64,000 nucleotides of DNA from Diplonema japonicum (taxonomy: Eukaryota; Protista; Euglenozoa: Diplonemea), in the NCBI GenBank assembly GCA_964019335.1, contig OZ025714.1:372001-436000 (forward strand), in the 5' to 3' direction. Of the stretch, positions 45,159-55,967 are shown piece by piece. Every line of letters begins with the position of its first letter. Within the stretch, counting starts at the first letter, position 1. Under the pieces are notes generated by a model that was given only the letters and a program-made list of their open reading frames with translations, did no database searches and had not been told where the DNA came from. A program made the translations under genes and the position numbers.

Positions 45159-46368
45159 TCAGAGAGGTTCCCCTCTTGGGAGTGCATCTCTAAGGAAGTA
45201 GCCATCATTTCGCAGCATCACAGTTTGTATCACATTTTGGTAGTTCATGTACCTTCTGTGCCTCTCTGAGGAGTCTGCTGCAGCAGAAGGTGAGTACGCC
45301 ATGGATTGCTGGCCCTCCAAGAAGATTCTCATTACAGACAAGTTGCGGATCACAGTGGGAAAGTTGTCCCTCACTGCCATGTCATTTTCTACTTGTTTTC
45401 CTAATGAAATCCACTTGTGTTCCAAAGTCCTTTTCCTTTCTAGTACTGCCTCTGTGTGCCTCGCACCGTCATTGAGAATGTGTGCCCCGTACACCCCGAA
45501 GCCAGCGTCCCTGAAGGCGTGGTTTGCCTTGAACCTCCTTGTGTACCTGGGGCTCCTCCCAAGGACAGCTTTTTCGATAAGGTGGTCCTGCTGTTCTTGG
45601 ATGTGCTGCCTCTCTTTGAAGTACGCTTCAGAGACAAGAATCTTCGCCCTGTTGGTGTGGTTTTTTTTTTTTTTTTTTTTTTCTTTTTTTTTTTCTTTGT
45701 AAGAACAACAACACACCTTGCCCTGCTGTCCACCAGCGACCACTGGGACTGTTTTTGTCTCAACTCGTTGTAGAAACGCTCTTGGGTCTGCGTGGGGGAA
45801 AGTTTCATTTAATTAAAAAAAAAAAAAAAAAGAAAAAAAAAAAAAAAAAAAAAAAAAAATACCTCGGCCTTCTCCCGGAGAATTAGCTCCTCCTGCATTT
45901 CGAGCTCTTGCACACCAAGGGGATGACCTTTTTTTTTTTTTTTTTCTTTCTTTTTTTTTTTTTTTTCATACCTGAGTATCGGTGGCTACGACTGTCAACA
46001 AGGGACTCTGCACTGTACTCCTCTGAAGGATCGTCGTCAGGGAGGAAGTGGTCAGAGGTGTCTTCGATCGACACCGGTTGGCTGGAGTCATCATTGTCGG
46101 CGGAGAGTACTTCTTCAGCGTCCTCCAAATCATGATTAAGGGTCGTGGCCAGGGGCTCTTCTTCGTCAGAGCAGGATTCTCGGCTGCCACTTGACTCGCT
46201 GTCAGGTTCGTCAAATAGCTTGTTGTACCCGCTCATAAGGGTGGGGCTCTTGTACTCATTGTCCCTCTCATTCAGCAATTGTTGGTTATCAATCAGCTGA
46301 AGCTGGTCCAAGCGCAATCTTGAGTTGCTGGGGTCGTTGGTGTGCATCACGCGGCTTACCGTGTTCAT
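45159..46368 (-). CDS. Hypothetical protein, 4 exons (46368-45972, 45927-45863, 45787-45717, 45648-45159), 340 aa
   Basis: Three GT-AG introns of 44, 75 and 68 nt give one continuous frame; acidic N-terminal half, helical C-terminal half. Confidence 0.7.
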
Positions 46369-47086
46369 GTTGTTATTTATTTTTTTTTTTAAAAAGAGAA
46401 AATAGGGGGTAGGGGAATCAGTACAATATGGGAGTATGGGGTGGGGAGAAAAAAAAAATACAAAAAGAAAATGTGTTTTCTCTTTTTTTTTGGGATAATA
46501 CTGTGATTTATTGTTTTTTTTTTTTTTTTTTTCGTGCATGGGGTGTGTCAAATATAAAAAAAAAGGAAATTAAAAGAAATGGGAGGGGAGGATAAACAAG
46601 AACTAGTGAACCAACAATCAGTGTGCCACTTTTTCTTGGGGGGGGGATAGAAGTTCAGCTCATGGCGCTGTGTGACGCACTCAAAAGAGTAATATATATG
46701 GTAAACTTTTTGTCAGAGGTTTCTTTTGTTAAAAAAGCAATATAAGAATAGGGAGGGAATAATATATATAAAAAAGGGAGGAGAAATATTTTCGAGTGAA
46801 GTTTCAGTGTGCATGGGGGGGGGGGGGGGGGGGGCTTACTGTTGAAGAGAAAGAGAAAGAAGACACAGGGGCTCCCCCCTCCCCCCTTTGTTTTAACACA
46901 AGAAGAGAGAAAAAAAGGGGGGATACGTGTAATATTCAACTATTGCTACACCCGTTATATATATATATAGCCAACAACCAGTGCTGGTGGGCGTACTGCG
47001 TTAGCACTGTCCTTTTGACAGGGAAATAATATAAAAGAGAAAAAAAAAAAACTCGATAAAATTTCAGTGTGCATGGGGGTGCTCAC

Positions 47087-47126
<40 letters not shown>

Positions 47127-47997
47127 ATGCTTCTTTTTTTTTTTTCTGATTACTGTAAAAGGAAAATTACGGGAAGGAAAAATATTTTTTTCCTTGGGGG
47201 GGGCTCCCCTGCTGAATTAGTCTCTTGGTATTTTTTTTTTTTTTTTTTTTACAGTATTATAAAAGTTTTGGGGTTAATGTGGGGTGGGGGGGGGGGGGGG
47301 CTACGTTTTCGTTCTTGCACCTGCCAATTGCATCAATGGAAAAAAAAAAAGAAGTAGAAGGGGAGAAGAAAAAAAATCTGTTGATTGTTGCTTGTGCACA
47401 GCCGGGATTAACCTGTAGAAGGATAATCCCAACATGCTACCACTCTCTTTTTAGCAATAACAATTCATTATCAATATATTGTTTTTCTTGTTCATGCAAA
47501 AAAAAAAAAGGGCCAACGAACTGCATGCATCCATTACAGACCGTGAGCTGTGTACTAGCCTTCTCCCCGTCATCCTTTTTTCTTCTTTTTTTTTAAATTA
47601 AACTTCTACAAATGATACAATTTAGAATGCTTTCAGAGAATAAAAAAGGGGGCAAGATTTAATTTATTTTTTTTGGGGGGGGAATCTGGGAGCAAACACT
47701 CTTCTCGTCTAGGGAGCGTTTTTTTTTTCTTTTTTTTTCCCCCCCTTCTTCTTTCTAAACTTCTTTCGTCATCTTCCTCACTCACATACTTGACCTCTTT
47801 TTTTTTTTCTTCTTACACCTGGCGCAAAAGATTCGGTTTTTAAATTAATTTTTTTGATCAAGTAGTGAGCGGCTCAAAATGACAAAAAAAAAAGAAAAAA
47901 AAAAAGAAGAAAAAAAGAGACATTTAAGGGTACCTGCGGTATGTGGCAGGACGCCTGTGTAAAAAAAAAAAAAAAAAAAAAAACACCATATCATATC

Positions 47998-48864
47998 TCA
48001 AAGAAACGCACCAGTGTAGTCATCGATCGCTGTCTGGTACTCTTTAACATGGTGATCGTCAAGCCTGGCAAAGACACCCTTGCTCTTCAGACCCTCAAGC
48101 CACTCAGCCGTGCTGTACAGATATCCCTCAACCGCATCAGGACGTTTTGCAGAATAGATAGAACCATCCCCCGCCAGGTACTCTACCATGCCTGTGTGGT
48201 GGTAGTTGATTTTAGGCTCTCTTGGAACAATATCGTTCTGGTGGACCCACCTGTGGTAGCAGCCGTTGAACGCTGAGTCGCAAGCGTGTGCGAAGGCCTC
48301 GTTCCCACATCGTGGTGAACCAAAGCTTACAAATTGAAACTTTGCATCTGGGTACTTTTCAGTTGCGTGTTTTCCGTACAGAGTGCACAGTGCCCCTCCT
48401 AGGGAATGCCCTGTGACAATGAGATTCTTGAAATCTTTGTTTTCGGAAAATAAAGCAGCGACCTCCTTGTCCACAGCAGGGACCACTTCAAGGTACGCGT
48501 TTAGAAAGCCCACATGGATTCTGCCACCTAGGTCGCTGTTGTTTGTCTTTATGACTTCTACGTCCACCAGAGTGTCGTGGAGGCCGGAGGTTCCTCTGAA
48601 GGCCACCACGACAGCCTTTCTCTCGTCGTCCTTGCCGATGATGACTTGAGTGTCGTGCTTGGGCTCGGAGAGGAACTTAAACCCCTTTTCCTTCCCCTCT
48701 GCGTCGCTTGATATTTTGTAAGCCAGTTCGCTCCACCTTACGCACAGTTTCGCCAGTTGGTAGTTTTCGTTGGTCACACCATGTTCATACCCTGGGCCTG
48801 GGCAAGGGTGTGCCGGGAGTAGCCATCTTGCCGCGCTTGCAAACCCGCTGACTATGAACGACAT
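47998..48864 (-). CDS. Class 3 lipase
   Basis: VVAFRGT, IHVGFL, TGHSLGGA, SFGSPRCGN, HQNDIVP, DDH. Confidence 0.92.
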   Translation of the reverse strand: MSFIVSGFASAARWLLPAHPCPGPGYEHGVTNENYQLAKLCVRWSELAYKISSDAEGKEKGFKFLSEPKHDTQVIIGKDDERKAVVVAFRGTSGLHDTLVDVEVIKTNNSDLGGRIHVGFLNAYLEVVPAVDKEVAALFSENKDFKNLIVTGHSLGGALCTLYGKHATEKYPDAKFQFVSFGSPRCGNEAFAHACDSAFNGCYHRWVHQNDIVPREPKINYHHTGMVEYLAGDGSIYSAKRPDAVEGYLYSTAEWLEGLKSKGVFARLDDHHVKEYQTAIDDYTGAFL

Positions 48865-49543
48865 TGTGGGTGGGTGTGTGTTTTCCCTTTTTTTTTTTTT
48901 TTTTTTTTTTCTTGTATGGATATGCAGAAGGGAATGAAGGGGGTACAAAATGAACCAGAGAGGGACAGGATAATTAAAATTAAAAAAAAAAAAAAAAAAG
49001 AAAAAAGAAAAAAGAAAAAAAAAAAAAAAGAAAAGAGAAGAGAGAAACCATCGCTTTAGAGCAGGAAAAATAATGGCCTGAGCCTGTATTTCAGAGCCTT
49101 TTTCTCTCTTTTTTTTTTCTTCTTTTATTTTTTTTTTTCTGTAGAGCGTGTAAATATAACATTCGGAAAGAAAGGGGGATGTGTGTGTTTTTGAAGGGAA
49201 CCCTGCTGTCTGTGACAGGGTTGCCTGACGACAATCACCTCATCTTGTGTTTTACCGTTTCTGTCGTGGTGTTGCCTTTTGGGGGGGGAAAGGGGGAGGG
49301 TTTGCAATATGCTTCCCAAAAGAACAAGAAAATACCCTTTATTTGCCAAATAATGCAAATTTCAAGTGTATATTGTTTGTAATGATCAGGAACGCAAATG
49401 CGCATGGAGGGTAACAAAAAAAAGGGGGGGGAGAGAGAGAGAAAGAGAAAGCAACTTATAAAAGTAGCCAAAGAAAAGAAGCAAGGTTTTCATCCGATCT
49501 CAAACCACTGCCAAGCAAGGGGAAAAGAAAATACAAAAAAGAT

Positions 49544-49594
49544 TTCAGAAGACAAAAAAAAGTTTAAAAACTGTGATGGAGGTTAGGTACTCGG
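49544..49594. repeat. Short dispersed repeat (copy at 59419-59460)
   Basis: ttcagaagacaaa..agtt(t)aaaaactg..tg.aggtt(a/g)ggtactcgg followed by a T-run at both sites. Confidence 0.65.
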
Positions 49595-49764
49595 TCCTTT
49601 TTTTTTTTAAAATTTTCTTTTAAAAAATTTTTTTAGTATCTATATCTATGCCCCATCACTTAGCCCACACCCTTCTTTTGCCTTCCTTTAAATAGTGTTG
49701 TACATAAAAATTTAAAACAAAATAAAAAAAAAGAAGCCAAACAAAAAACAAAACAAAACAAAAA

Positions 49765-50673
49765 TCACTTGGCTTCTTCTTTCTTATCACTTTCGCCCTC
49801 GCCACCGGCGATTTTTTTGCAATGTTTGCCTTCAAACTCCTCCAAACGTGTTTTGTATTCCCCAACCAAATGGTCGTAAATCCTATGCAAAGGCCCGTCT
49901 TCAATAAAACCGTCTAGCCACTCTGCAGCAGCGAAGAGAAGCCCCCTCTCATCGTCAACCGTCTTTGCAGAAAAGCCCATCCCGTCGCTCCCGAGATAAA
50001 GCACGCGTCCGCAGTGTTCATAGTCAACAGGGGGAAGGCGGGGAATGGCATCATTCTGATGGACCCATCGCGTGTAACGGCCTTTGAAGGCCTCCTTACT
50101 AGCCTTGGCGAAGGCAAGGTCACCTACCCGCGGGGATCCAAAAGTTGTAACATTCAATTCCAAATCCGGGTATTTACGCAACGCATGCCTGCCATACAGA
50201 GTTGCCAAGGCAGCACCCAGGGAATGTCCTGTAATGATTAGCGATTTGCAGTCCGGGTTTGCTTTTCGGACTGTATCGACGGCAGCATCGACAAGTGGTT
50301 TTGCCTCTTTGTACGCTTTGAGGAAACCGCCGTGGACCTCTCCCCCTAGCTCGGGGTCGTCGGTTTGGAACAAGTGGAGGTTAACATAGAACATATCCTT
50401 CAAGCCGTCTGTTCCTCTGAAGGACACCACGATTGCCATTCTCTCGTCGTCCTTGCCGACGATGGCCTGTGTGTCGTACGTTGTCTCGTTGATGAAGGTG
50501 AAGCCCTTCGCCTTGCCCTCCTCGTCTGTCGTCACTGCGTACGCCATTTCGCTCCACTTCACGGCGCTCTTCCCTAGCTCGACGTGCTCGTTGCAAATAC
50601 CTTCGTCAAAACCATCTCCCGGCGATGGGCTGTCTGGGAGGAACCACCTGAAAAACGATGCAACAACTGACAT
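49765..50673 (-). CDS. Class 3 lipase (tandem paralogue)
   Basis: VSFRGT, VHGGFL, TGHSLGAA, TFGSPRVGD, HQNDAIP, YDH; collinear with the 47998 gene. Confidence 0.92.
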   Translation of the reverse strand: MSVVASFFRWFLPDSPSPGDGFDEGICNEHVELGKSAVKWSEMAYAVTTDEEGKAKGFTFINETTYDTQAIVGKDDERMAIVVSFRGTDGLKDMFYVNLHLFQTDDPELGGEVHGGFLKAYKEAKPLVDAAVDTVRKANPDCKSLIITGHSLGAALATLYGRHALRKYPDLELNVTTFGSPRVGDLAFAKASKEAFKGRYTRWVHQNDAIPRLPPVDYEHCGRVLYLGSDGMGFSAKTVDDERGLLFAAAEWLDGFIEDGPLHRIYDHLVGEYKTRLEEFEGKHCKKIAGGEGESDKKEEAK

Positions 50674-50789
50674 TTTTTTTTTTTAATGTGTAAATAGATC
50701 TTGTGTGGGGGTACAAAGAGAAAGGGGGAAAAAAAAAAGGAGGGGGGGGGGAAACCATAAGGCAAGAAAAAAAAAAAATAAATAGATAT

Positions 50790-52349
50790 CTACGCGGCCA
50801 TAGGCACGTCACCATCTTCCATCTCAATTGCCTCCGGTGCTACAGGAGGGGTGTGCAAGGAAGGCGGTCGGACAGGTATTGTGACAAAACCTCTACCAGG
50901 GGTGAAGCTGACTTTTGACCCGTTTTGCCCCGTTGGCACGGGTTTGGAAAGGGAAGGCCTTGCCGTTCCATCCTCTTCCTGTTCCTCTTCCCTGTCAATC
51001 TCTTCCTTGAGTACCGCAAGCTCGGCAAGGGCATCATCGTCGTCCATGTGCGACGGGTTCGTCTGTTCGGCTAGGATGCTGCCCACCTCCTTGGTGTCCT
51101 CAATGGCATCGAAGACCTCATCGACAACTTTTGCAGCGCCTTCCACACCGCCGGTTATGTCAGTACATTTTTTGATTTGTTCGGCGCCTGCTGCCAGCGC
51201 CTTTGCGAGCGTGCCAGTCCAGGCCGCCTCGTCGAGCCGATCGATGACCACATCTACATTGGAAAGCATCGCTTCCTTCTTTTTAAGCTGTTCCAACAGA
51301 AGCCCGGCTTTTCTCTGCATCTCCTTGTTCTTCATAAACGTCGGTTTATCCCGCATTTTGATGATGCGGTCCTTCACGGTGTAGATGCTCCTCTTTAACT
51401 TCTCCATCGTTCGCAGAACGGAACACAGTGTCTTGCCCTCTTTCAAGTACACCGCAAGCTGCGTTGCTGTTTTAGGAACCACCAGCGTTTCGATCTTTGC
51501 ACCCCATGCCCCGTCGTCCAACGGTAGGAGCTGAAGTTTATTCGATGTGTAGAGATGGCACAAAACAGGGTCGATCACATTTGGATCTGTGATCCCAGAT
51601 GATGTGAAGACAGACTTCATTTTTTCGGGTGTTAGAATGGAGGAAAAAATGGAGGTTTCATCAACAGGTGTCAACTGTCTTAATGTTTCCATTACTGCGG
51701 CTGATGCGGCGCGGACGCCTGCTTCGCTGACATATTCTCCGCGTAGTCTTGAAGCAGGTTTGAGATGCACCGTACTGTGAAGCCTTTTTCTTCTAAGGAT
51801 TTGCGAGGTGAGCTCCATTCCCTTCCAAGCTATCCCTGTTGCGAGGTTGAACCCGTGTTTGAGCAAATGCTCCATCCCGCTGAACATCCCCAAGCCGTGC
51901 GAGAGGACGGTGTTTGTTTCGTGATGTTCTCTTAACTGCACCAGCGGTACAAGGTATGTATCCCTCCTCTGGATGATGTGTTTCCTTTCTAGCTGTCGCA
52001 GCAGGTGGTTGACGTCGGGGAACCGTTTTCCCTTGTAACTAAACACCCCGCCGAGTACGTCTCCTGGAGAGTCTTGGATGCAGACTTCTGTGAACTGTTC
52101 GTGAAAAACGCCTATCCAGTAGTCGAGCTTCCGCCTGTCGTGGACGCAGGGCTGAGCCAGCGTTCCCGGGAGCTGAAAGCCCGCCATCATGAACGCCATT
52201 TTCTTCGCCAACAATTCCTCGTCTGTTTGCACGGGCGTGCGTCTTCCCAAAGGGGTTCCTGACAAGGAGTTCCCTGTGGACAACCGCCGACGCTTCACCG
52301 ACGGGTGGAAGTCGGAGTCGGCATCGTCGTCATCAGCACTGCGTTTCAT
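50790..52349 (-). CDS. CHMP7: CHMP7-like ESCRT-II/III hybrid protein
   Basis: N-terminal winged-helix-like part (RKLDYWIGV, F.YKG..P) plus Snf7 coiled coil (KALAAGAEQIK..VVDEVFDAIEDTKEVGSIL..DDDALAELAVL). Confidence 0.75.
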   Translation of the reverse strand: MKRSADDDDADSDFHPSVKRRRLSTGNSLSGTPLGRRTPVQTDEELLAKKMAFMMAGFQLPGTLAQPCVHDRRKLDYWIGVFHEQFTEVCIQDSPGDVLGGVFSYKGKRFPDVNHLLRQLERKHIIQRRDTYLVPLVQLREHHETNTVLSHGLGMFSGMEHLLKHGFNLATGIAWKGMELTSQILRRKRLHSTVHLKPASRLRGEYVSEAGVRAASAAVMETLRQLTPVDETSIFSSILTPEKMKSVFTSSGITDPNVIDPVLCHLYTSNKLQLLPLDDGAWGAKIETLVVPKTATQLAVYLKEGKTLCSVLRTMEKLKRSIYTVKDRIIKMRDKPTFMKNKEMQRKAGLLLEQLKKKEAMLSNVDVVIDRLDEAAWTGTLAKALAAGAEQIKKCTDITGGVEGAAKVVDEVFDAIEDTKEVGSILAEQTNPSHMDDDDALAELAVLKEEIDREEEQEEDGTARPSLSKPVPTGQNGSKVSFTPGRGFVTIPVRPPSLHTPPVAPEAIEMEDGDVPMAA

Positions 52350-52441
52350 TTTTTTTTCCTCTTTCCTGTAGCCTTTTTTTTTTCTTTTTTTTTTTTTTAA
52401 ATAGTGAGTGTAAAAAAAAAGAAAGAGAAAAAAAAAAAAAA

Positions 52442-53837
52442 GGGTAGAGTCCTAACTTGACCCTAAGTTTCCAAAATGCTCAAAGTCCACCCCCTAAGTC
52501 TTCAAAATGCTCAAATCCCGCCCCCTAAGTTTCCAAAGTGTTCAAAGTCCGCCCCCTCAGGTTTTCAAATGCCCTAACTAAGCCCCTACGGTGGGAAATC
52601 GCTCAAAGTCAACCCCTTAGTTTTCAAAATGCTCAAAAAACCCCCCCTTAGTTTCACAAATAACCGAATGGGTCCCCTATGTTTCATTAGCGCTCAACAA
52701 GGTTGTGCGCATGCATGTTCCATAACAATAGGCAACTTGAAAGGAAAAGAAAAAGACAGCCCAGGTAACCAAGGCTACTTCTTAGAGGGCTGCGTCAAAG
52801 GTGTCTTCCTGTGTAAAAGATTACAGCATTTAAAAGAAAACCTTTGCTTCTTGGGAGGACCAGGAGGGTTGGTGCACATCGAAGTCTTGTGGCCAAGAAT
52901 GCCACAACGACTGCAGGCATTCTTCCTTTCGCTCTTGCCAGGGTTGATGCCTTCAGGTCATCGAAGTATGGGGAGATCTTCACATAGGCACTGGATGCTG
53001 ATCCGAAAAGAGTCTCCCTAGCCCTTTTAGCAGAGGAAAGTCCAATGCCTGCCTCCCTGAAGACAGTATGTCAGTCATCGCCTGGGTCGACCCTTAACCA
53101 GAGGATTTCTCCACCTTGTCCCGAAGCATCCTTGCAACCCAATCAGCAATGCCAACTGGTGCCTTCTTTCCATGGTTGGATAGGGTGCAGGTATGGGGAG
53201 GCATGTTACATGTGCCCCCCCTTCTTTATTCCGGAACACCACCCTCCATTGGCAGTCTTCAGTGCAGCAGGCAACGACCACCTTTTCGCTGGTGGTTTTC
53301 ACAGTGCTAAACACTCGACCGCTCTTGTAGCAGTCCGAGAAGGCCTCTCTTCACGCCTCAGCCATGTCTGAGAACACCGCATCAGCAACAATCTTTGACT
53401 GGGTTGTAGGCATTTTAAAATGGATTGGTTTTTGTGATATACTGATGGGAAAAAGAGCTAGGAAATGTTGGGGTGAAAAAATGTTGTTGAGCATTTATGA
53501 AACATAGGGGGCCCAGGTTGGGCATTTTGGAAACCTAGGGGGCCCAGGTTGTGTCTTTCCGAAACTAAGGGGTCCGGATTTGAACATTTTGAAAACCAAG
53601 GGGGTCGTTACTTTGAGCATTTATGAAACTAAGGGGACCGAATTCAAGCATTTTAAAACCTAGGGGTCGAGTATGAGTTTTTTTGAAGATTTGGGGTACT
53701 ACACAGAGATTTAAGAAACCTTGGGGACTGGATCAAAAACTTTTTCCTCTTTAAAGATAGACCTTGAACATTTCTCAAGCTAAGGGGGTGGCTTTTGGAC
53801 ATTTCTCAAACTTAGGGGTCAAGTTAGCAGTTTTCTC
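52442..53837 (-). mobile_element. Mutator-like (MULE/foldback-type) element with long sub-repeated TIRs and a decayed transposase
   Basis: Left ctaacttgaccctaagttt..aaatgctcaaag mirrors right ..aaacttaggggtcaagttag; ~30-bp tandem subrepeats at both ends; internal VKTTSEKVVVACCTEDCQWRV (MuDR-like); A-runs flank both ends. Confidence 0.8.
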
Positions 53838-53871
53838 AAAAAAAAAAATAATAAGAACCCCTTTTCTACCC

Positions 53872-55023
53872 CTACCCCCGAGCCTGCACTTCAAGGCCTT
53901 CGTATTTGCAGTACCCTGGGATCGGGGTGTCGTCCATTATGATTTCACCGTTGACCCTGAACAGGACGAGATAGTTCTGTGTGAGCGTGGGGCCGTTAGG
54001 GTGTTGTTGTGAACGGACCGCTGCGATGATGGAGTCGGTCCCGTCGGGGAGGAATTTGAACTCGACGAACCCGAGGCGGGGGCTGTGCGGGCCCACGCGC
54101 ACCTCCGTGCAGTCCTCCATCGTCTGCCCGCACCGAACCAGAACATTCGACGCTTTGGATAGCTGCGTCACCTCATCATACGCCTCCCGCGACACCCTGT
54201 AAGGCAAAAAAAACCACTGCTTATGCACATCACTCCACTGCACAGCCTCATGTATCACATAACCAGGCCGTGCTGCTTTTAATTTCTCCCTAACATGAGT
54301 ATACACATATTCCCATAATATGGAGCGCGGCCGGCCGTCACGATCCCCTGGGAGGACCTTGATCCATTGGAAGTCGCCGTGGGTTACCTCACCGTTCTCG
54401 ATCCATTCTTTTCCGATGGAGCCGATGTACAGGCGGCCTTCTTTTGTGGCCATCCATTCGCATTTGAAGGGGCGTTCTGTGTTCCCGTCGCCGCCTGCGA
54501 GAATGTGTCGGGGGTATAGTTCCAAGGTGTGGATGGACAGTTCAAACACAATGCCAGTCTTATCATCACATGTGTATAATGTGTTATGCCAGGATTGTAA
54601 AGATGAAAGCGCCATGCTGGAGCCGAGTGAGGTGAAGCCTCGTAGTGGGTGTGCTGCTTCCCAGTCGACGCGGTACTCGGATTCTGTTTTAACGATGGTT
54701 CCTTGTTGGAGCATCGTCCGCCATTCTTTTTTCCCGCCCAAGGCTTCTCCTACTAGTGTTATGCTGAAGGCGTTTCCTTGGGTTTCAGCTACAGTAGCTT
54801 CTTCTCTGTTCCTCCGTCTTTTTCTTTTGAATTGTGTGATTATTCCTGCTTGCTGGTGCGTACTGGAGCTCCACGCCTGTAATGCTACCATCAACACAAA
54901 TACTGTCAAAAACCCCAACCCTGCAACCTGTTGCGAGGACAGCCCTCTCATTACCCGTGAGTACGCGTCCACCATCTTTGCTACAACATCATCCTCCTCC
55001 TTGCGTCTTGTTTCTCTATGCAT
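53872..55023 (-). CDS. Calcium-activated nucleotidase/apyrase (CANT1 family), type II membrane protein
   Basis: N-terminal TM; LYTCDDKTGIVFEL, GDGNTERPFKCEW, LYIGSIGKEW, PGYVIHEAVQWS..WFFLP, KYEGLE. Confidence 0.9.
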   Translation of the reverse strand: MHRETRRKEEDDVVAKMVDAYSRVMRGLSSQQVAGLGFLTVFVLMVALQAWSSSTHQQAGIITQFKRKRRRNREEATVAETQGNAFSITLVGEALGGKKEWRTMLQQGTIVKTESEYRVDWEAAHPLRGFTSLGSSMALSSLQSWHNTLYTCDDKTGIVFELSIHTLELYPRHILAGGDGNTERPFKCEWMATKEGRLYIGSIGKEWIENGEVTHGDFQWIKVLPGDRDGRPRSILWEYVYTHVREKLKAARPGYVIHEAVQWSDVHKQWFFLPYRVSREAYDEVTQLSKASNVLVRCGQTMEDCTEVRVGPHSPRLGFVEFKFLPDGTDSIIAAVRSQQHPNGPTLTQNYLVLFRVNGEIIMDDTPIPGYCKYEGLEVQARG

Positions 55024-55588
55024 TTTTTTTTTTTTTTTTTTTTTTTTTTTGGGAAAAGAAAATATTTTTTTTTTTTGCTTGTGTGAAATGAGGTTGTGTG
55101 TACTGTGTAGGTGTTGTGTGTAAAGAATAAGAAGAGGGGGTGGGGGATGAAAGAAGATTTTTTTTGTATTCTCTTCCTCTTTTTTTTCCTTCTCCCCTTC
55201 ACCCCCCCCCTTTTTTTGATTTTCCGTAAAAGTGGGGGGGGGGGGCAAGTAAATATCGAACAAAAAAAAGGGGGGTCCCTCCCCCCTCGAACTGAAGGAT
55301 ACAATGAAGTGTTTCCAGAACAATTCAAAAAAAAAAAATACCCTCCTTTTTTTTCCCCCTTCTTTTTTTTTTTTTGGAGCCATACGAGAGAGCAAACATC
55401 GTATTTCATAGATATCCAAAAAAAAAAAAAAAAAAAAAAAAAGAAAGAAAAAGAAAAAAAGGGAAGAAGAGAGAGAAAAAAAAAGAAGAAGAAAATAGAT
55501 ACCAGTAATTTATGAGCCACAATTTAACTCAGTTTGAATAGTACTTTTTGGCGGTAAGTAAGGCTGCTTTTCTTTTTTTTTTTTTTTT

Positions 55589-55835
55589 TATTTCACTCTT
55601 CTGAAATTACCTATTACTTCACGGTGAAATTATAGCCTCTTAGTCAACAAAAGGAGTTTGTACCCCTTGTCACCTCTTTTGCACCCTCGTGGTGAAGTAA
55701 TTTCAGAGAGTCGTGAAATAAAACCACTTACCTATCGCCAAGTTATGACTTTACCTCCTCTCGGTTCCGCATTTTACCTAATGCGGAAATCGAAGAGGTA
55801 ACGGTAAAATCATTACTGTTGGCAGTAAATAGCTA
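55589..55835 (+). mobile_element. Internally deleted copy of the 42579-43309 element
   Basis: Same 5' end, shared ctcttagtcaacaaaaggag block, same sub-terminal IR and TAAATAGCTA end; hairpin apex deleted; T-runs on both sides. Confidence 0.85.
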
Positions 55836-55918
55836 TTTTTTTTTTTTTTTTTTGCCTCCCCACCCTTTTCGTTGTTAGAGTCACTCACTGTACTTGGACC
55901 AGAGTTGTTACTAACTTG

Positions 55919-55967
<49 letters not shown>

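Noticed and set aside
52450-52660. CRISPR-like periodic repeats
   Set aside because: Degenerate tandem subrepeats without unique spacers, mirrored at the other end of a MULE; no cas genes; eukaryotic context.
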